Source: Octopus vulgaris (taxonomy: Eukaryota). Taken from it: a stretch of 64,000 nucleotides of DNA. The notes below the pieces were generated by a model. It made no database searches. It saw only the letters and a list, made by a program, of their open reading frames with translations, and was not told the origin of the DNA. Each line of letters begins with the position of its first letter. Positions within the stretch are counted from its first letter, which is position 1. The translations under genes and the position numbers were made by a program. Positions 12,892 through 26,560 of the stretch are shown piece by piece. The DNA lies in assembly GCA_951406725.2 (NCBI GenBank), contig OX597827.1:11408001-11472000 (forward strand). The letters run 5' to 3'.

Positions 12892-12934
12892 GATTCTTGC
12901 AGTAAACAGAATGGCACTTTCTTGATGGTCAACA
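12892..12934 (+). other. Candidate 43-nt exon
   Basis: Acceptor tcttttgtttcag and donor gtatgt. One open frame, DSCSKQNGTFLMVN. Unique sequence; no recognisable homology. Confidence 0.2.
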
Positions 12935-13584
12935 GTATGTATATCTCAGTTCCAATATCCCCCAATCTCTTACATAGCAATTTTGGTATGGTACTGAGTG
13001 TACCAGTCACCACAAGAACGATTTTTATATTTTGTTTTTGTTTTTAATTTCCAAGAGTCCCAATATGAAACAGGATTCATGTGTAGAATTGAAACAGAAA
13101 CAGCTTCTGATACACCTTGGGAGGGTCATTATGTCAATAATAAGCACACACACACACACACTGGTTCTGTTTCACATTTCTTATTATTAGTAGTCAATTT
13201 GTTAACATTTAACCAATTAATTAATTGATTGTCTGATTAATCATTTAGTAAATTAGTCAATAACCAGCTTTGTCAAAGTCCTTCTGCCACTTTTTGGTGA
13301 TCACTATAATGACATGCACTTTTTACTCAAAGTCTGCTTCAAATCAATAGCAATCAGGTATAGAGGAACAGGAATGGAAAGACTTAGTACCATGTTTCAA
13401 TGTTAATGTAACATCAGGAACAATAATAGTTTTTATTAACAACCTATGACACATTGGTATTCCAGTATGCCTGGCAGTCAAAAAAATGTTAATATTATTT
13501 AAAGTTGAGCTACATACAATCTTTTTTAGATTTGTCATATATAGTTGTACTTTCTTTCGGCAGCTATGAAGTTGAAAGTTAGAG

Positions 13585-13625
13585 ATCCCTGATGATTCTT
13601 AAAAAAAGATCGAAACTGGTCGGCT
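13585..13625 (+). ncRNA. Type I minimal hammerhead ribozyme-like motif
   Basis: atcc-CTGATGA-ttctt(aaaaa)aagatc-GAAA-C-tg-G-T-C-ggct. Degenerate twin at 13988-14026 (TTGATGA..GAAACTTGTC). Confidence 0.65.
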
Positions 13626-13694
13626 CATTCTTCATTCTAAAGTGCTGAAAGCCCTGCGATTAAACAGTGAACTATAATTTCACAATGAGCTTAA

Positions 13695-13915
13695 CCCTTT
13701 TGTTACTGTATTTATTTTGAGATGTTCTGTATATCTTTCAATTACTTTAAATATAGCAAAGAATTTAGTTAATTAATTTAGTTATCATTAAGCTAGAGTT
13801 AGGAACATAAATTGTGACTAAGATTTGGTGGAAGAATTTAATTCAAAACTTATGAAAACAAGACCTTTGTACTACAGAGCCAGAACCGGTTTCAGCCGGG
13901 TTGGTAACGAAAGGG
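13695..13915. mobile_element. piggyBac-like MITE (second family)
   Basis: TTAA|CCCTTTTGTTAC ... GTAACGAAAGGG|TTAA. Confidence 0.85.
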
Positions 13916-14127
13916 TTAAATATTCATTTTACATTAGTTGTATATATTTGTGCTTTCTTTTGACAACTACAAAGTTGAAAGTAAGTAATATTTGATGATT
14001 CTTAAGAGAAATGAAACTTGTCAGATGAATCCTCATTCTAAAATGTTGAAAGCCCTGTGATTAAACCATGGACTGTAATTTCTCATTGAGCCTAAATATC
14101 TATTTATCAACCTTTAAGTCAGATATA

Positions 14128-14503
14128 TGGATGGAAGCACTCCGTCGGTTACGACGATGAGGGTTCCGGTTGATCCAAATCAACGGAACAGCCTGCTCGT
14201 GAAATTAACATATAAGTGGCTGAGCACTCCACAGACATGTGCACCCTTAACGTAGTTCTCGGGGATATTCAGCGTGACACAGAGAGTGACAAGGCCGGCC
14301 CCTTGAAATACAGGTACAACAGAAACAGGAAGTAAGAGTGAGAGAAAGTTGTGGTGAAAGAGTACAGGAGGGATCACCACCATCCCCTGCCGGAGCCTCG
14401 TGGAGCTTTTAGGTGTTTTCGCTCAATAAACACTCTCAACGCCCAGTCTGGGAATCGAAACCGCGAGTCCGCTGCCCTAACCACTGGGCCATTGCGCCTC
14501 CAC
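14128..14503 (-). mobile_element. SINE family C (tRNA-Arg-like head, OR-type), tail 1
   Basis: Head ggaggcgcaatggcccagtggttagggcagcggactcgcgg. 13-bp TSD TAAGTCAGATATA (14115-14127, 14504-14516). Inserted in a piggyBac-like MITE ending AAAGGG|TTAA at about 14706. Confidence 0.85.
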
Positions 14504-14722
14504 TAAGTCAGATATAACACTTATCTATTCACATTATTTTGAATCAATCATGCATTATCCTGTAACTGTGGTATTTTGATGAGGTGACTGTTTATTATTA
14601 GGATGACATTGTTGGGTAGGTGTGAGATTCTGGGTCTGGTCAGTTTGAGTATAACTTAGGTAGAATATATGGGGCTATATACAGCTAGTCTTTAAATGTT
14701 AAAGGGTTAAATTTATTTTGGT

Positions 14723-15240
14723 GCAGGCATGGTTGTATGGTTAAGAAGTCCTCTTCAAAACCACATGGCCTTAAAGTTCAGTCTCATTGTGTGCCACCTT
14801 GGGTAAAAGTCTTCTTCTATTGTTCTGAGCCTTCCATACTTTACAAATGAATTTGGTAGAAGGAAAATTTATGGTAAACCATAGTATGTATGTATGTATG
14901 TATGTATGTATGTATGTATGTATGTATGTATGTATGTATGTATGTATGTATGTATGTATGTATGTGTGTGTTGGGTAAGTGTGAATGTGTATGCATGGTT
15001 ATTTGTGTATGGTTATGTGTATATATCAATATATGTGTCTGTGTTTGTCCCCCCAGCATTGCTTGACAACCGATGCTGGTGTGTTTACGTCTCTGTAACT
15101 TAGCGGTTTTGCAAAAGAGACTGATAGAATAAGTACTAGGCTTACAAAGAATAAGTTCTGGGGTCGATTAGCTCGACTAAAGGTGGTGCTCCAGCATGGC
15201 CACAGTCACATGACTGAAATAAGTAAAAGAAGTAAAAGAG
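14723..15240 (+). mobile_element. SINE family A (older) with internal (TATG)n
   Basis: Diverged head and conserved tail. Confidence 0.75.
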
Positions 15241-15249
15241 TAATAGTTC

Positions 15250-15555
15250 ACAGTCCGTCGGTTATGATGATGAGTGTTTCTATTGAACCAATCAATGGAA
15301 CGGCATGAAAGTGGCTGAGTACTCCACAGACATGCATACATTCAATGTAGATCTCGGGGAGATTCAGTGTGACACAGGATGTAACAAAGCTGGCCCTTTG
15401 AATTACAGGTACTACTTCTTTTTTCCCAGATGAGTGGACTGAAACAATATGAAAGTAAAGTTTCTTGCTCAAAGACACAATGCACCACCAGGAATTGAAC
15501 TCAAAGTCTTATGACCATAAACTGAATACCCTTAACCACTTTGCCAAGAACCTTC
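15250..15555 (-). mobile_element. Older SINE sharing tail 1 of family C
   Basis: ccgtcggttatgatgatgag...gtggctgagtactccacagaca...gattcagtgtgacaca similar to 14140-14320. Confidence 0.6.
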
Positions 15556-15884
15556 ACATTTGCATAATAGAGTAAAATGAAACGGAGATGCAAAATATCA
15601 CTGCTGATAGCCCTATATTGAAGAGCATTTAGATTTCCCTCCAAAAATATCTAAGATGCTTTATAAAATATTAAATGAATTCCAGTATTTGACTATTTTA
15701 ACAATGGTGTCTACTGTTCTTTCCCCCACCTTATGCAGTCTCCAAAAATTTATTGATATTTTGAAAATCAAAGCAGATGGAATTAGTTTTAGATCGCTTC
15801 ATTAGTTGAGAAACTTTACTGGCTTTATATTCATACCAGCTTTTGGCAGAATGCTATTTTGTTTTTCCTCAAGTATTTCAGCTA

Positions 15885-16300
15885 AAGGTGGTGAGCTGGC
15901 AGAATCGTTAGCACGCCGGGCAAAATGCTTAGCGGTATTTCATCTGCCGCTACGTTCTGAGTTCAAATTCCTCCGAGGTCGACTTTGCCTTTCATCCTTT
16001 CGGAGTCGATTAAATAAGTACCAGTTACAAACTGGGGTCGATATAATCGACTTAATCCGTTTGTCTGTACTTGTTTGTCCTCTCTGTGTTTAGCCCCTTG
16101 TGGGTAATAAAGAAATAGGTATTTCATCTGCTGCTACGTTCTGAGTTCAAATTCCTCCGAGGTCGACTTTGCCTTTCATCCTTTCGGAGTCGATTAAATA
16201 AGTACCAGTTATGCACTGTGGTCGATGTAATCGACTTAATACCTATGTCTGTACTTGTTTGTCCTCTCTGTGTTTAGCCCCTTGTGGGTAGTAAAGAAAT
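15885..16300 (+). mobile_element. SINE family B with duplicated 3' module
   Basis: 14-bp TSD AAGTATTTCAGCTA (15871-15884, 16301-16314). The ~183-bp segment starting gtatttcatctg is present twice. Confidence 0.88.
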
Positions 16301-19259
16301 AAGTATTTCAGCTAGTGAGAATGCATTCAATTCCTGGGCAAGTCAGTCAATCTGTACTCTGGGTCAAGTGCCATGAAAAGATGGCATAATATAAAGTTGA
16401 TCTTGGCAAAATTTGAACTCAGAACATGAAGTGTTATAATTAAATATGTAAGGCTTTTTGTACAACACTATTTCAGCCAGTTCACCACCTTAAGGTTAAC
16501 CTTCTTGAATCGTTAAACAAAAAAACAATAAAAATTTAAACATGAAAAAAAATTATAATTGAAGAAGGGGAAAAAATGAGTCATACTGATAATTTCCAGT
16601 AAACAAATAAATGGAGGAATATTTCATGCTGAGAGTTTATAATTTTATTAACCTACAAAAATCAATTGAGTAATAATGTATCAGATATAGTTTTGCAATA
16701 ATGGACAAAATTATCAATGATTTAAAAAAAAAAAATTTCTGAATACTATCTCAGCATGCACATACAGCTCAGTCTCTTTCATATGCTACTAACAACCTTT
16801 ATATATTATCACAAAGTTCACCGAAATCTCTGCCATTCTCTTAAGAAAAAGGCGATGAGGAAAAGGGAGAAGTATATCTAGATTGTATATGGCAAACATT
16901 CCTAACCAAATACAATAAACTAGTAATACACTTTCCTTACATTTCTAATATACATTATCGAGAGACATTTTTACTCCTTTTTCTCCTCTTCCTATTTTGA
17001 AAATTGAAGTACAAAACAAAAAGAATATTTTAGAAAGTGTCAACTAAAATTCATGCGAAAACACAAGAATATAAGAAAGAAATATATAAAATATCTTTGT
17101 TCTGTTTGAAAATGGAATGCAACCGTTCTGTTACACTGAACTCAAGAGATTACTTTGAAAAAGGGATAAACTTAATTGGCTCTGTGTTTTTTTTTTGTTT
17201 TTTTGTTTCTTTTTGTTGTTTTTACTATTCGTTTGTTTTTGTTTTTTGTTTTTTTCCCCCAATACATAAGAACACATTGAGAGTGGTAATCATTTAGTGG
17301 AATTGTGTTAGATTCAGGTGTTCAGGAAATATATTTCTTGACATAAAAATGAGATTATGAATAAGGTAATTAAATAATGAAAAGAAAAGAGAAAGCTTCT
17401 CAAGTCAATGTATCAACAAAAAAAAAACAAAAAAAAAAACCAGAAAAATATTTAACATCATATTTTGGAGAAAAATATTCAAGAGAGAACTAATAAAGTC
17501 AATGATTTATATTTCTTGAATCAATTGAAAGATTGTGCTACATATTGATTTGCCTAGCTGCCACCCAATTTAATTTCTATATTACTTTCCATTCACTTTC
17601 CTCTTATCTGCTGTAAGCTAGAGAAAAATTAGGCTTGAAATTCCATTAAGTTTATTGAACATTTGAAAAATAGCTAAGCTACTGATGCAATATATTTGCA
17701 TTTGGAATTTCAAAATAAGGCCACCTAACACATCAGTGTGTGGCTGCTTCTTATACTTGACAGTTTAAAGTGTGGTTGATTCTTTAAGTTAATCAATCCG
17801 GCATAGATGGTGTCTTGTAGTTAACAAGTCCAAATGAGATTGCTTCTACTGGTTAACACTCCAGCGTTAAGTTTGTTGGTGTTAACATAACAATGTATGA
17901 CTTGTTGTATTTGACCAATGTACATATATTTAATTAAAGTTAACAGTTGAAAGTGATAATTTGAATTGTGAATATTAAATAAAATCTAAACTATAGTTCA
18001 AAGTGTGAATATTTTAATAACGGCAACTATTCAATGTGTAGTTATTATTGTAAAATGTAAATTTCTAATCAAATTCATTGTAATTAATAGATTAACGTGA
18101 AGTAAATTAATAATAGTTCACCCTTTGAAACATATTAACTCAAAGATCCAGTTGATTTTAGTTATTACAATTAACATTTCAAAGCAGAGATGAAAAAAAT
18201 ATTTTCTGTATAAGATGACAATGAAACAGTAGTACAAATATTCAACAGTAGCAATTTGTTTATACTCTTGTTGTTGTTTTTTATATTTTCTATTTGTATA
18301 TATTTATTTATTTATTTATTTTTAATTGAATTTTATATGTATGTGAAATGGCAGAGTGTTTAGACAGTTGAAATGAGTCTCGAAAATTTATATTGAAATA
18401 AGGACAGAAAATGGTTTGAAATCATGTATTCAGACAATGAGAGGTGTTCTATTAATTATAATGAAAGCTCCAAAATTTGCATTCTATATAATAGAATTTA
18501 CTGTATTTTGATAAAGTAAATATATAAGGTACAACATTTGTATTGCTAATGTTCTGAACAAAAGATCAAAACAACATACATTTAATCTCCCTTGCTTATA
18601 TTGTGCTCCAAGGCAAGTGACAACATTCAAATGAAATCAGTTTAATTTAAAATAAGTACTGGTTGTATTTCACCCTTGATTGACTGGTTTAGGATAATTT
18701 CAACAATTCAAACAGATGTTTCAAACTTGTGGAGCCATACACTGTAAATAACCGACCTCTTTTTATTTGATTCATTTCGGTCATATGACTGCGGCCATGC
18801 TGGGGCACTACCTTGAAGAATTTAGTCGAACAAATCAACCCCAGGACTTTATTTCTTGTTTAAAGTCTGGTACTTATTCTTTTGGTCTCTTTTGCCAATC
18901 TGCTAAGTTATGTAGAGGTAAGTGAATGAAAAGTAATATAGAAACAAACCAATACCAGAGTTGAAGCTGTGGTGAAGACAAACATAAACACATGCACGTC
19001 CATGTTTACAAACATACAGGCACGCGCATACAGTCACACACACATACAAATACACACACATATATAAACTCACTCACACATACATGCACACATATATACA
19101 AGTTCATGACAGTGTTCAAATGGAACTTAAGACATTTATATTATTATCATGAGGACCAGAAAGGAAATGAAAAACATGAGCTTGAAGCAATCATTTTCGC
19201 CTGTGCCATTCACAAAAGTTTTAAATGAAAGAAAATAAGGATAAATGTTTTATTTTAGT

Positions 19260-19620
19260 GGAGGCACAATGGCCCAGTGGTTAGGGGAGCGGACCCACGG
19301 TTGGACGATCGTGGTTTCGATTCCCAGACCGGGCATTGTGTGTGTTTATTGAACGAAAACACCTAAGGCTCCAGAATGAAGCTATAGCTGACCATGGCAA
19401 AGATTTCCCGCACAGGACGTTCCACAAGGCTCTGGCAGGGGTTGGTGGTGACCCCTGTTGTACTCTTTCGCCCCAACTTTCTCTCACTCTTTGTTCCTGT
19501 TTCTTGAGTAATGCTGCGATGGACTGGTGTCCCGTCCAGCTTGGGGAGAACACATACACCATAGAAACCAGGAAACCGGGACCATGAGCCTGGCTAGGTT
19601 TGAAAAGGGCGCATATAAAA
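19260..19620 (+). mobile_element. SINE family C, tail 2 (gcgatggactggtgtcccgtccag, V-domain-like)
   Basis: Same head as 14128-14503; tail shared with 57766-58075. Confidence 0.8.
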
Positions 19621-19659
19621 TAAATAAATAGTCATAAAAGTTATATTGTTTTTTTAGAA

Positions 19660-20310
19660 AGGTGTGGCTGTGTGGTAGAAGTTTGCTTCCTAACTGCAAG
19701 TGTCTTTTATTATAGTTTTGGGCCAACCAAATTCTTGCGAGTGGATTTGATTAATGGAAACAGAAATAAGTGGAAATTTTACCAGTGAGTGTGTAAATTA
19801 TAAGGCACCAAAAGAGAATGATTCTTCCCAGATACAACAGAATTTACATTATTTATATTTGACAAATATCCATCAAATGTAAATAATGTATATAATTCCT
19901 CATCTTTTCAATACAGTATATATATATATATATATATATTCACACACACACACACATATATATATATGTATATTTGTATATGTGTATATATATATATAGA
20001 TATATATATATATATGTATGTATATGTATATATATATACATATATATGTACATACACACATACACACACATATATATTTTGTGTGTCCTTGTGTCTGTGT
20101 TTGTCCCTCACCACTGATTGACAACTGATGTCGGTGTGTTTACATCCTTGTAACAAAGCAGTTCAGCAAAAGAGACCCATAGAATAAGTACTAAGCTTTA
20201 AAAAAATGAATACCTACTAGGGTCGATTTTTTATGACTAAAAATTCTTCAAGACAGTGCTCCAGCATGGCCACAGTCTACTGACTGTAACACATAAAAGG
20301 TAAAAAAAAG
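19660..20310 (+). mobile_element. Degenerate SINE family A carrying a small fold-back insert (19790-19915)
   Basis: Head at 19660 and tail at 20095-20310. The insert is similar to 24879-24948 and 29671-29750. Confidence 0.6.
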
Positions 20311-20518
20311 AAAATAAAGTGTAAAATATGATATATTTAAAAAAAAATTGTTTCCCCTTATTAACTTTTGTTTCAGAGTTCACTGTTACATTTTAATTAA
20401 TTAAATGAAAACCATGCGATATATTTCACATGGGAATCAATTAAGAAGTAGGTCTAATTATTTCATATTAAACTAATTAAACACAAGCAGTTATTAGTCA
20501 ATGTTAGGGTGTGCTTAC

Positions 20519-20601
20519 CAATGTGAAGAATCATTTTTGATCTTAGATTTCTCCTGCTTCACAACTTTCTTTCATTCCGAGCCTCATTTTCAAGCGGCAA
20601 G
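20519..20601 (-). other. Candidate 83-nt exon (non-coding or 5' UTR with terminal ATG)
   Basis: Minus strand: strong acceptor tgtttctcttctgtctgtag and donor TTG|gtaagc. All three frames contain stops, but the exon ends with AAAAATG ATT CTT CAC ATT G. Confidence 0.35.
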
Positions 20602-21140
20602 CTACAGACAGAAGAGAAACAGAACCATCAATACAGTAAAATGACAGAACTTATCTTTAATGATTTACTGCTGAAATTCTATAATAAAGAAAGAATTAAA
20701 TGACTCATAGAATTATCTTCAGCTGTTACTCTGATCTCCCATATATCATTTTCTTTTCTATTGCAAAAATTTCTTAAGTAGTATTAAGGATTTGTTATTA
20801 AAGTATAAAGCAAATCTTCAGAAAGTTCTTCTTTCTATCTAGTTTACAGAATATTATTTTTAGTTTCACTTTCACTTTGATACATGTAACCTTATTTATA
20901 GCTGTTCATCTGTCACTAGTCTGGAATGAGATACAATCAATTGTGAACCATGTTATGTTCATCATAGATTGATCTGTGATTACACAGGTTGGTGACTGGT
21001 CAATCAGTCAAGGGATTCTGCTTGTACCACAAAAATGCACCTCAGTGACCACCAACGAGAGTCACCTTCCAAGCATGCGCTGACCATCACTGGTGTTTAC
21101 ATCACTGTGCTGTGAGGCTGTGAATTTATTTTATACAGAT

Positions 21141-21900
21141 ATGGCTGTGTGGTAAGAAGCTTGCTTCCCAATCACATGGTACCAGGTTCAGTCCCACTGC
21201 ATGGCACCTTGGGCAAGTGTTTCCAACTCTAGCTTCAAGCCAACCAAAGCATTGTATGCGGATTTGGTAGATGGAAACTGAAAAGAAACCCATCGTATAT
21301 ATATATATATATATATATAAAATCAAAATGAGGGTGAAAAATTGGACATTAATTTGATAACATCAATTTTAACACCAGTGGTCTAGCATATAAAAAAACT
21401 GGGATTCAGTAAATAGTAGTTCATACATAAATATAAGTGGGAATTTTTTTAACCATTATGTAGAAACATTTATGCTAGAAGATCCATTAAGAATTTAGCA
21501 CACCAGAAACGTAAGCTCGCTTACATTTCTGGTGTGCTAAATTTTCTGGAGAACAATTCTTAGTGGTTGAGACCATAGCGGATTTTCTTCTAGCATAAGT
21601 GTTTCTAGATAGTGGTTAAAAAATTCCCTCTTATATTTATGTATGAAATATATATATATATACACACACACATATGTATTTGTGTCTGTGTTTGCCCCTC
21701 TACCATCTCATGACAACCGATGTTAGTGTGTTTATGTCCCCGTAACTTAGCAGTTTGGCAAAATAGACTGGTAGAATAAGTACTAGGCTTACAGAGAAAA
21801 AGTTCTAGGGTCGATTTCTTTGACTAAAAAAAAAGCCCTTTAAGGTGATGCTCCAGCATGGCCACAGTCAAATGATGGAATCAAGTAAAAGAATAAAAGA
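21141..21900 (+). mobile_element. SINE family A interrupted by a fold-back element in its TA tract
   Basis: Head 21141-21296; tail 21680-21900. Confidence 0.8.
21320..21647. mobile_element. Asymmetric fold-back (palindromic) element in (TA)n
   Basis: Outer arms 21420-21486/21580-21647, inner hairpin 21492-21543, unpaired flank 21320-21419. Confidence 0.8.
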
Positions 21901-22077
21901 ATTTTCATACTTGTACCCATCAACATGAGATCAGTTAAGAGAAAATATGCAAAGCTGTCCACATAAGTGTGAAAATGAAATTTGCTTTGGGGGTTCAAAC
22001 CCAGGTCCAAAATTTTATAACAAACAAGGTTGATTTTCTTTCAATCTTAATATGAAAACGAACACAGGTATAATAAT

Positions 22078-22625
22078 GGCTTCAAATTTTAGCACAAGGC
22101 CAGTAATTTCAAGGCAGTAGATAAGTCAATTATATTGACCCCAGTGTTCAACTGGTATTTATTTTATTGATGCCAAAAGGCATGTAAGGCAGAGTCAGCC
22201 TTGGCAGAATTTGAACTCAGAATGTAAAGATGCTACTAAGTATTTTGTCCATTGTGCTAACTATTCTGCCACCTCACCACCTTACAAGCACAGGTATAAT
22301 AATAATAAAAATGATTATTATAATATTTGTACATCAATCAATTCAGGTAAATCCAATAATCTTTTCTACTCTAGGCACAAGGCCTGAAATTTTGGGGCAG
22401 AGGGCCAGTTGATTAGATCGAACCCAGTACACAACTGGTGCTTAATTTATTGACCCCAAGAGGATGAAAGACAAAGTTGCCCTCGGCGGAATTTGAACTC
22501 AGAACGTAAAGACAGATGAAATACCACTAAGCATTTCACCCAACATGCTAACGTTTCTGCCAGCTCACCGTCTTATAAAGGATGAAAGGCAAAGTCAACC
22601 TCAGTGGAATTTGAACTCAGAATAT
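22078..22625 (-). mobile_element. Tandem SINE family B copies
   Basis: gcacaaggcc...gaccccag...gatgaaag(g/a)caaagt...tttgaactcagaa...ctgccagctcacc. Confidence 0.75.
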
Positions 22626-22633
22626 TAACATAG

Positions 22634-22795
22634 ACGCAGGAGTGGCTGTGTGGTAAGTAGCTTGCTAACCAACCACATGGTTCCGGGTTCAGTCCCACTG
22701 TGTGGCATCTTGGGCAAGTGTCTTCTGCTATAGCCCCGGGCCGACCAATGCCTTGTGAGTGGATTTGGTAGACGGAAACTGAAAGAAGCCTGTCG

Positions 22796-22834
<39 letters not shown>

Positions 22835-23043
22835 CTGTGTTTGTTCCCCTAGCATTGCTTGACAACCGATGCTGGTGTGTTTACATCCCCGTCACTTAGC
22901 AGTTTGGCAAAAAGAGACCGATAGAATAAATACTGGGCTTACAAAGAATAAGCCCCGGGGTCGAGTTGCTCGACTAAAGGCGGTGCTCCAGCATGGCCGC
23001 AGTCAAATGAATGAAACAAGTAAAAGAGTAAAAGAGTAAAAGA
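22634..23043 (+). mobile_element. SINE family A, full length
   Basis: Near-identical to 8046-8456. Confidence 0.9.
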
Positions 23044-23719
23044 GACAAAGGTGTTCTCTACAGGACAAGGAAAAGATAATCAAGAAAATAGACAATCATG
23101 GGAGCTTCGACAAATTTGGTATCAATGAATCTACCATTCATTCCGTTTATCAAAGACGTGGAGATGGAGGTGTATCATTTAACAATGATTCATTTATCAC
23201 TATTTTTCTTCTATTTTTTTTTCATAAACCACACCCCTGTGATAAATGAGACTAGATGCATTAGATGCATTTTATCTTTGCCTGTATAAAAGGTAGAGTA
23301 TTTTCATGTTGCATGTCTTAAAAGCTGTGGCATTATTTGTAAGAACTGCAAAAATGTGAATAGTGGAGACGGTGTGACATTGGATCTAAATGTATAATGT
23401 ATGATGTGAAATGAAGGAGTGACTGAATTCGAATTCGAATGCGTCAGGTTTTTTCCTTTGTGACAGTTAAGAAGCTGGTATTAAAGAACATGTGTTGAGA
23501 ATGGATAATGAGAATAAAGTGAGCATATATTGTCTAGGACGATGATAGATGATTGATGATGATGCCCAGAACGTATGTGTCGTCTTTAAAAGGGGAAGAA
23601 AAAAAAAAAATGGAAAAATAGACAAACAAATTAAGCTGAGACGACTACTATGGATTATCTGAACAAATGAATAGTTCAGGGCTAGTCAGAGCAAAAGTGA
23701 TGAATGGTTGAAATGCTAA

Positions 23720-24161
<442 letters not shown>

Positions 24162-24421
24162 GTGGATGATTTAACATGCTGATAAAATAGACGTTTTGTG
24201 CATAAAATATGGTGCTGTTAAAAAATATGTATTGGGATGTATTTATTATTAATTAAGGGTATTTAATCACTAGCTCCCTTCAGAAAATGAAATGAAAATA
24301 ATGGAGAAAGAAATTATTAAACAGTAGATTGTAACTCCACCAATATGTGTGTGTATGTGTGTATGTGTGTGTGTGTGTGTAAATATATGTATGTATCTCT
24401 CTCTCTCTCTCTCTCTCTCTA

Positions 24422-24720
24422 TCCCTTTCAGTTTTTTCGTATGTCTCCGCTGTCCTGTTTTTGTTCCCAACCTTGACCCTCCATAAATCCAAAATTTTAT
24501 TTTGGTGTTTGTGGGAGCAACTGTCTTCGAAGACTCATATTATCATCAAATGCTCGAAATGAGGAGTATTTAGACAGCCAACAACTGATGAAGGGTCGTT
24601 CTTTCTGTTACTTGCACTGTTTTCCATTTGTTTCTCTCGTTGCTTGCGAAAAGTCATTTGTTTTCATATTTCAGGTTGTTTGCTGTTGGTGACGTCCTGT
24701 ACCCATATATGCATATGTAT
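24422..24720 (+). mobile_element. Microsatellite-embedded Penelope-like element with degenerate hammerhead (24521-24577)
   Basis: ctgtct-TCGAAGA-...gctc-GAAA-tgaggagtat-T-T-agacag (6-bp stem I), followed by CTGATGAAGGG. Ends gtcctgtacccatatatgcat like 7220-7690. Confidence 0.55.
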
Positions 24721-24987
24721 GTGTATGTGCATATGTATATATATATATATATATGTATATATATGTATGTATATGTGCATATATATATATATATATATTG
24801 TTCCTGGATTTGGTTTGCAAGATTCTTTATGTGAGTGTCATGCAATGAAAATTTTAGAAAAATAAAAAATAAATAAGTGGAAATTTTATCGCTGAGTGTG
24901 TTGAATTATAAGGCACTAAAAGAGAATGTCTCTCCCCAGACACAACAGTATATATATATATGCATATATATATATATATATATATAA

Positions 24988-25043
<56 letters not shown>

Positions 25044-25068
25044 GTATATATACATACATGCATACATA

Positions 25069-25103
<35 letters not shown>

Positions 25104-25107
<4 letters not shown>

Positions 25108-25335
25108 TATTACATTATATAAAAGGGTTAGTAAATAAATTACTTTACATACTGAACTCATTAGAAATAGCAGCTAAATGAGCTAAATGAACTCTAATGA
25201 GTTCAGTATGCGCAAAGTAATTTATTTTATAGCCCTTTTATATAATGTAATAATTTGAATCCTTAAATGGTCCCTTTGCATACTGAATACTTGGTGAAAT
25301 TGATTAATTAATTAATTTTACCCTCAATTGTTGAA
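25104..25335. mobile_element. Asymmetric fold-back element in (TA)n
   Basis: Arms 25104-25169/25193-25256 and unpaired tail 25257-25335. Degenerate CTAATGA...AAAGTAA core on the arms. Confidence 0.8.
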
Positions 25336-26196
25336 ATATATATATATATATATATATGAATATATGTGTGTATGAGTGTGTGTGTGTAGATAGCTAGCTA
25401 GCTAGATAGATAGATAGATAGATAGATGCATACATGTATGTGTGTCGATGAGTATTATACACACATACCATTTTATATTCAATGAAACAAATGAAATGGT
25501 TATAATTAATGACACATATTAATAACAAGCACACACACTGAAATTTTTCTATTGTATTTAAATATATTTCAAGTATGAATGTGCAAAAATTCACGGTCCA
25601 AATATATAAGCAGACCAAAAAATGCAAATCGTTCTTTAATAATTCATGAATGAAGCCATCAGCACTGAAAATTTATATCAGATTAGATCGGAATCAAAAA
25701 CGAAAATCTAATAAACTGTTCATCTCGCGTACCCATTGATTTATTAGATGTGCATAAGGTCTCAGATTCAAAGATGAGAAAAAGGATTGTATGATATTTT
25801 GATGGTTATTAACGGAATCAGAAACAGTGTGAAATGAAAGCAGTGAAATTATTTTCAAGTAAAGCACTGATTCTGAGCTTGTTTATGTACTAAGATTACT
25901 ATCAGCTTACTTCAATATGTCACAAACAGAATTGCTGCCACTAATCTGGTGTTCAAGTTTTTTATTTTTTTAATCTTTTACTTGCTTCAGCCATTGGACT
26001 GCAGCCATGCTGGAGCAATCATTTTGAAAAGTTCAGTCAAACAAATAAGCCTGGTACTTATTTTATTGGTCTCTATTTGCTAAACCACTAGGTTACAGAA
26101 ATGTAAACAAACTAACACTGGTTGTCTAGCAAGTTAGTGTTGGGGATAAACACACATGGACACCACATACACACATATATATAATACATACATGCA

Positions 26197-26228
<32 letters not shown>

Positions 26229-26300
26229 CACACATACATACATACATACATACATACATACATACATACATACATACATACATACATACATACGTATATG

Positions 26301-26560
26301 TTTACAGAAAGATCGTTATGGCTGGTTCATGGGGTTACCTAGGGTTTTGCATCCATAAAACGCTTAAATTTACTTATCTCATCACACCTTAATGACCAGT
26401 CATTAGGGTCCGATGAAATGTATGTAAAGCTAAGTGTTTTATGGATTTGAAACCCTGGGTAACCCCATGAACCAGCCATAACAATCTTGTTCTAAATACT
26501 CCACTGCTCTATAACTTATAGAGCGCTTTGATTTTAGATTTATGATTCACTGATGATTCA
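26301..26560. mobile_element. Asymmetric fold-back element with hammerhead (26406-26465, +)
   Basis: Arms 26301-26396/26399-26496 and tail to about 26560. Right arm reads gggt-CCGATGA-aat...attt-GAAA-ccc-t-ggg-T-A-accc. Confidence 0.8.

Larger units (their letters stand above)
13530..14105 (+). mobile_element. Two ~180-bp tandem direct repeats each with a hammerhead motif (retrozyme/pLTR-like), split by a piggyBac MITE
   Basis: Unit 1 is about 13530-13694 plus 13920-13930, and unit 2 about 13935-14105. They share tttcttt..aagttgaaagt..TGATGATTCTT..GAAAC..GTC..tcattctaaa.tg.tgaaagccctg.gattaaac..taattt...tgagc. Confidence 0.7.

Noticed and set aside
17729-17886. Possible miRNA hairpins (cacatcagtg...gctgct; ttaacac...gtgttaa)
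   Set aside because: No complementary partner arm for the first, and the second stem is too short for a pre-miRNA.
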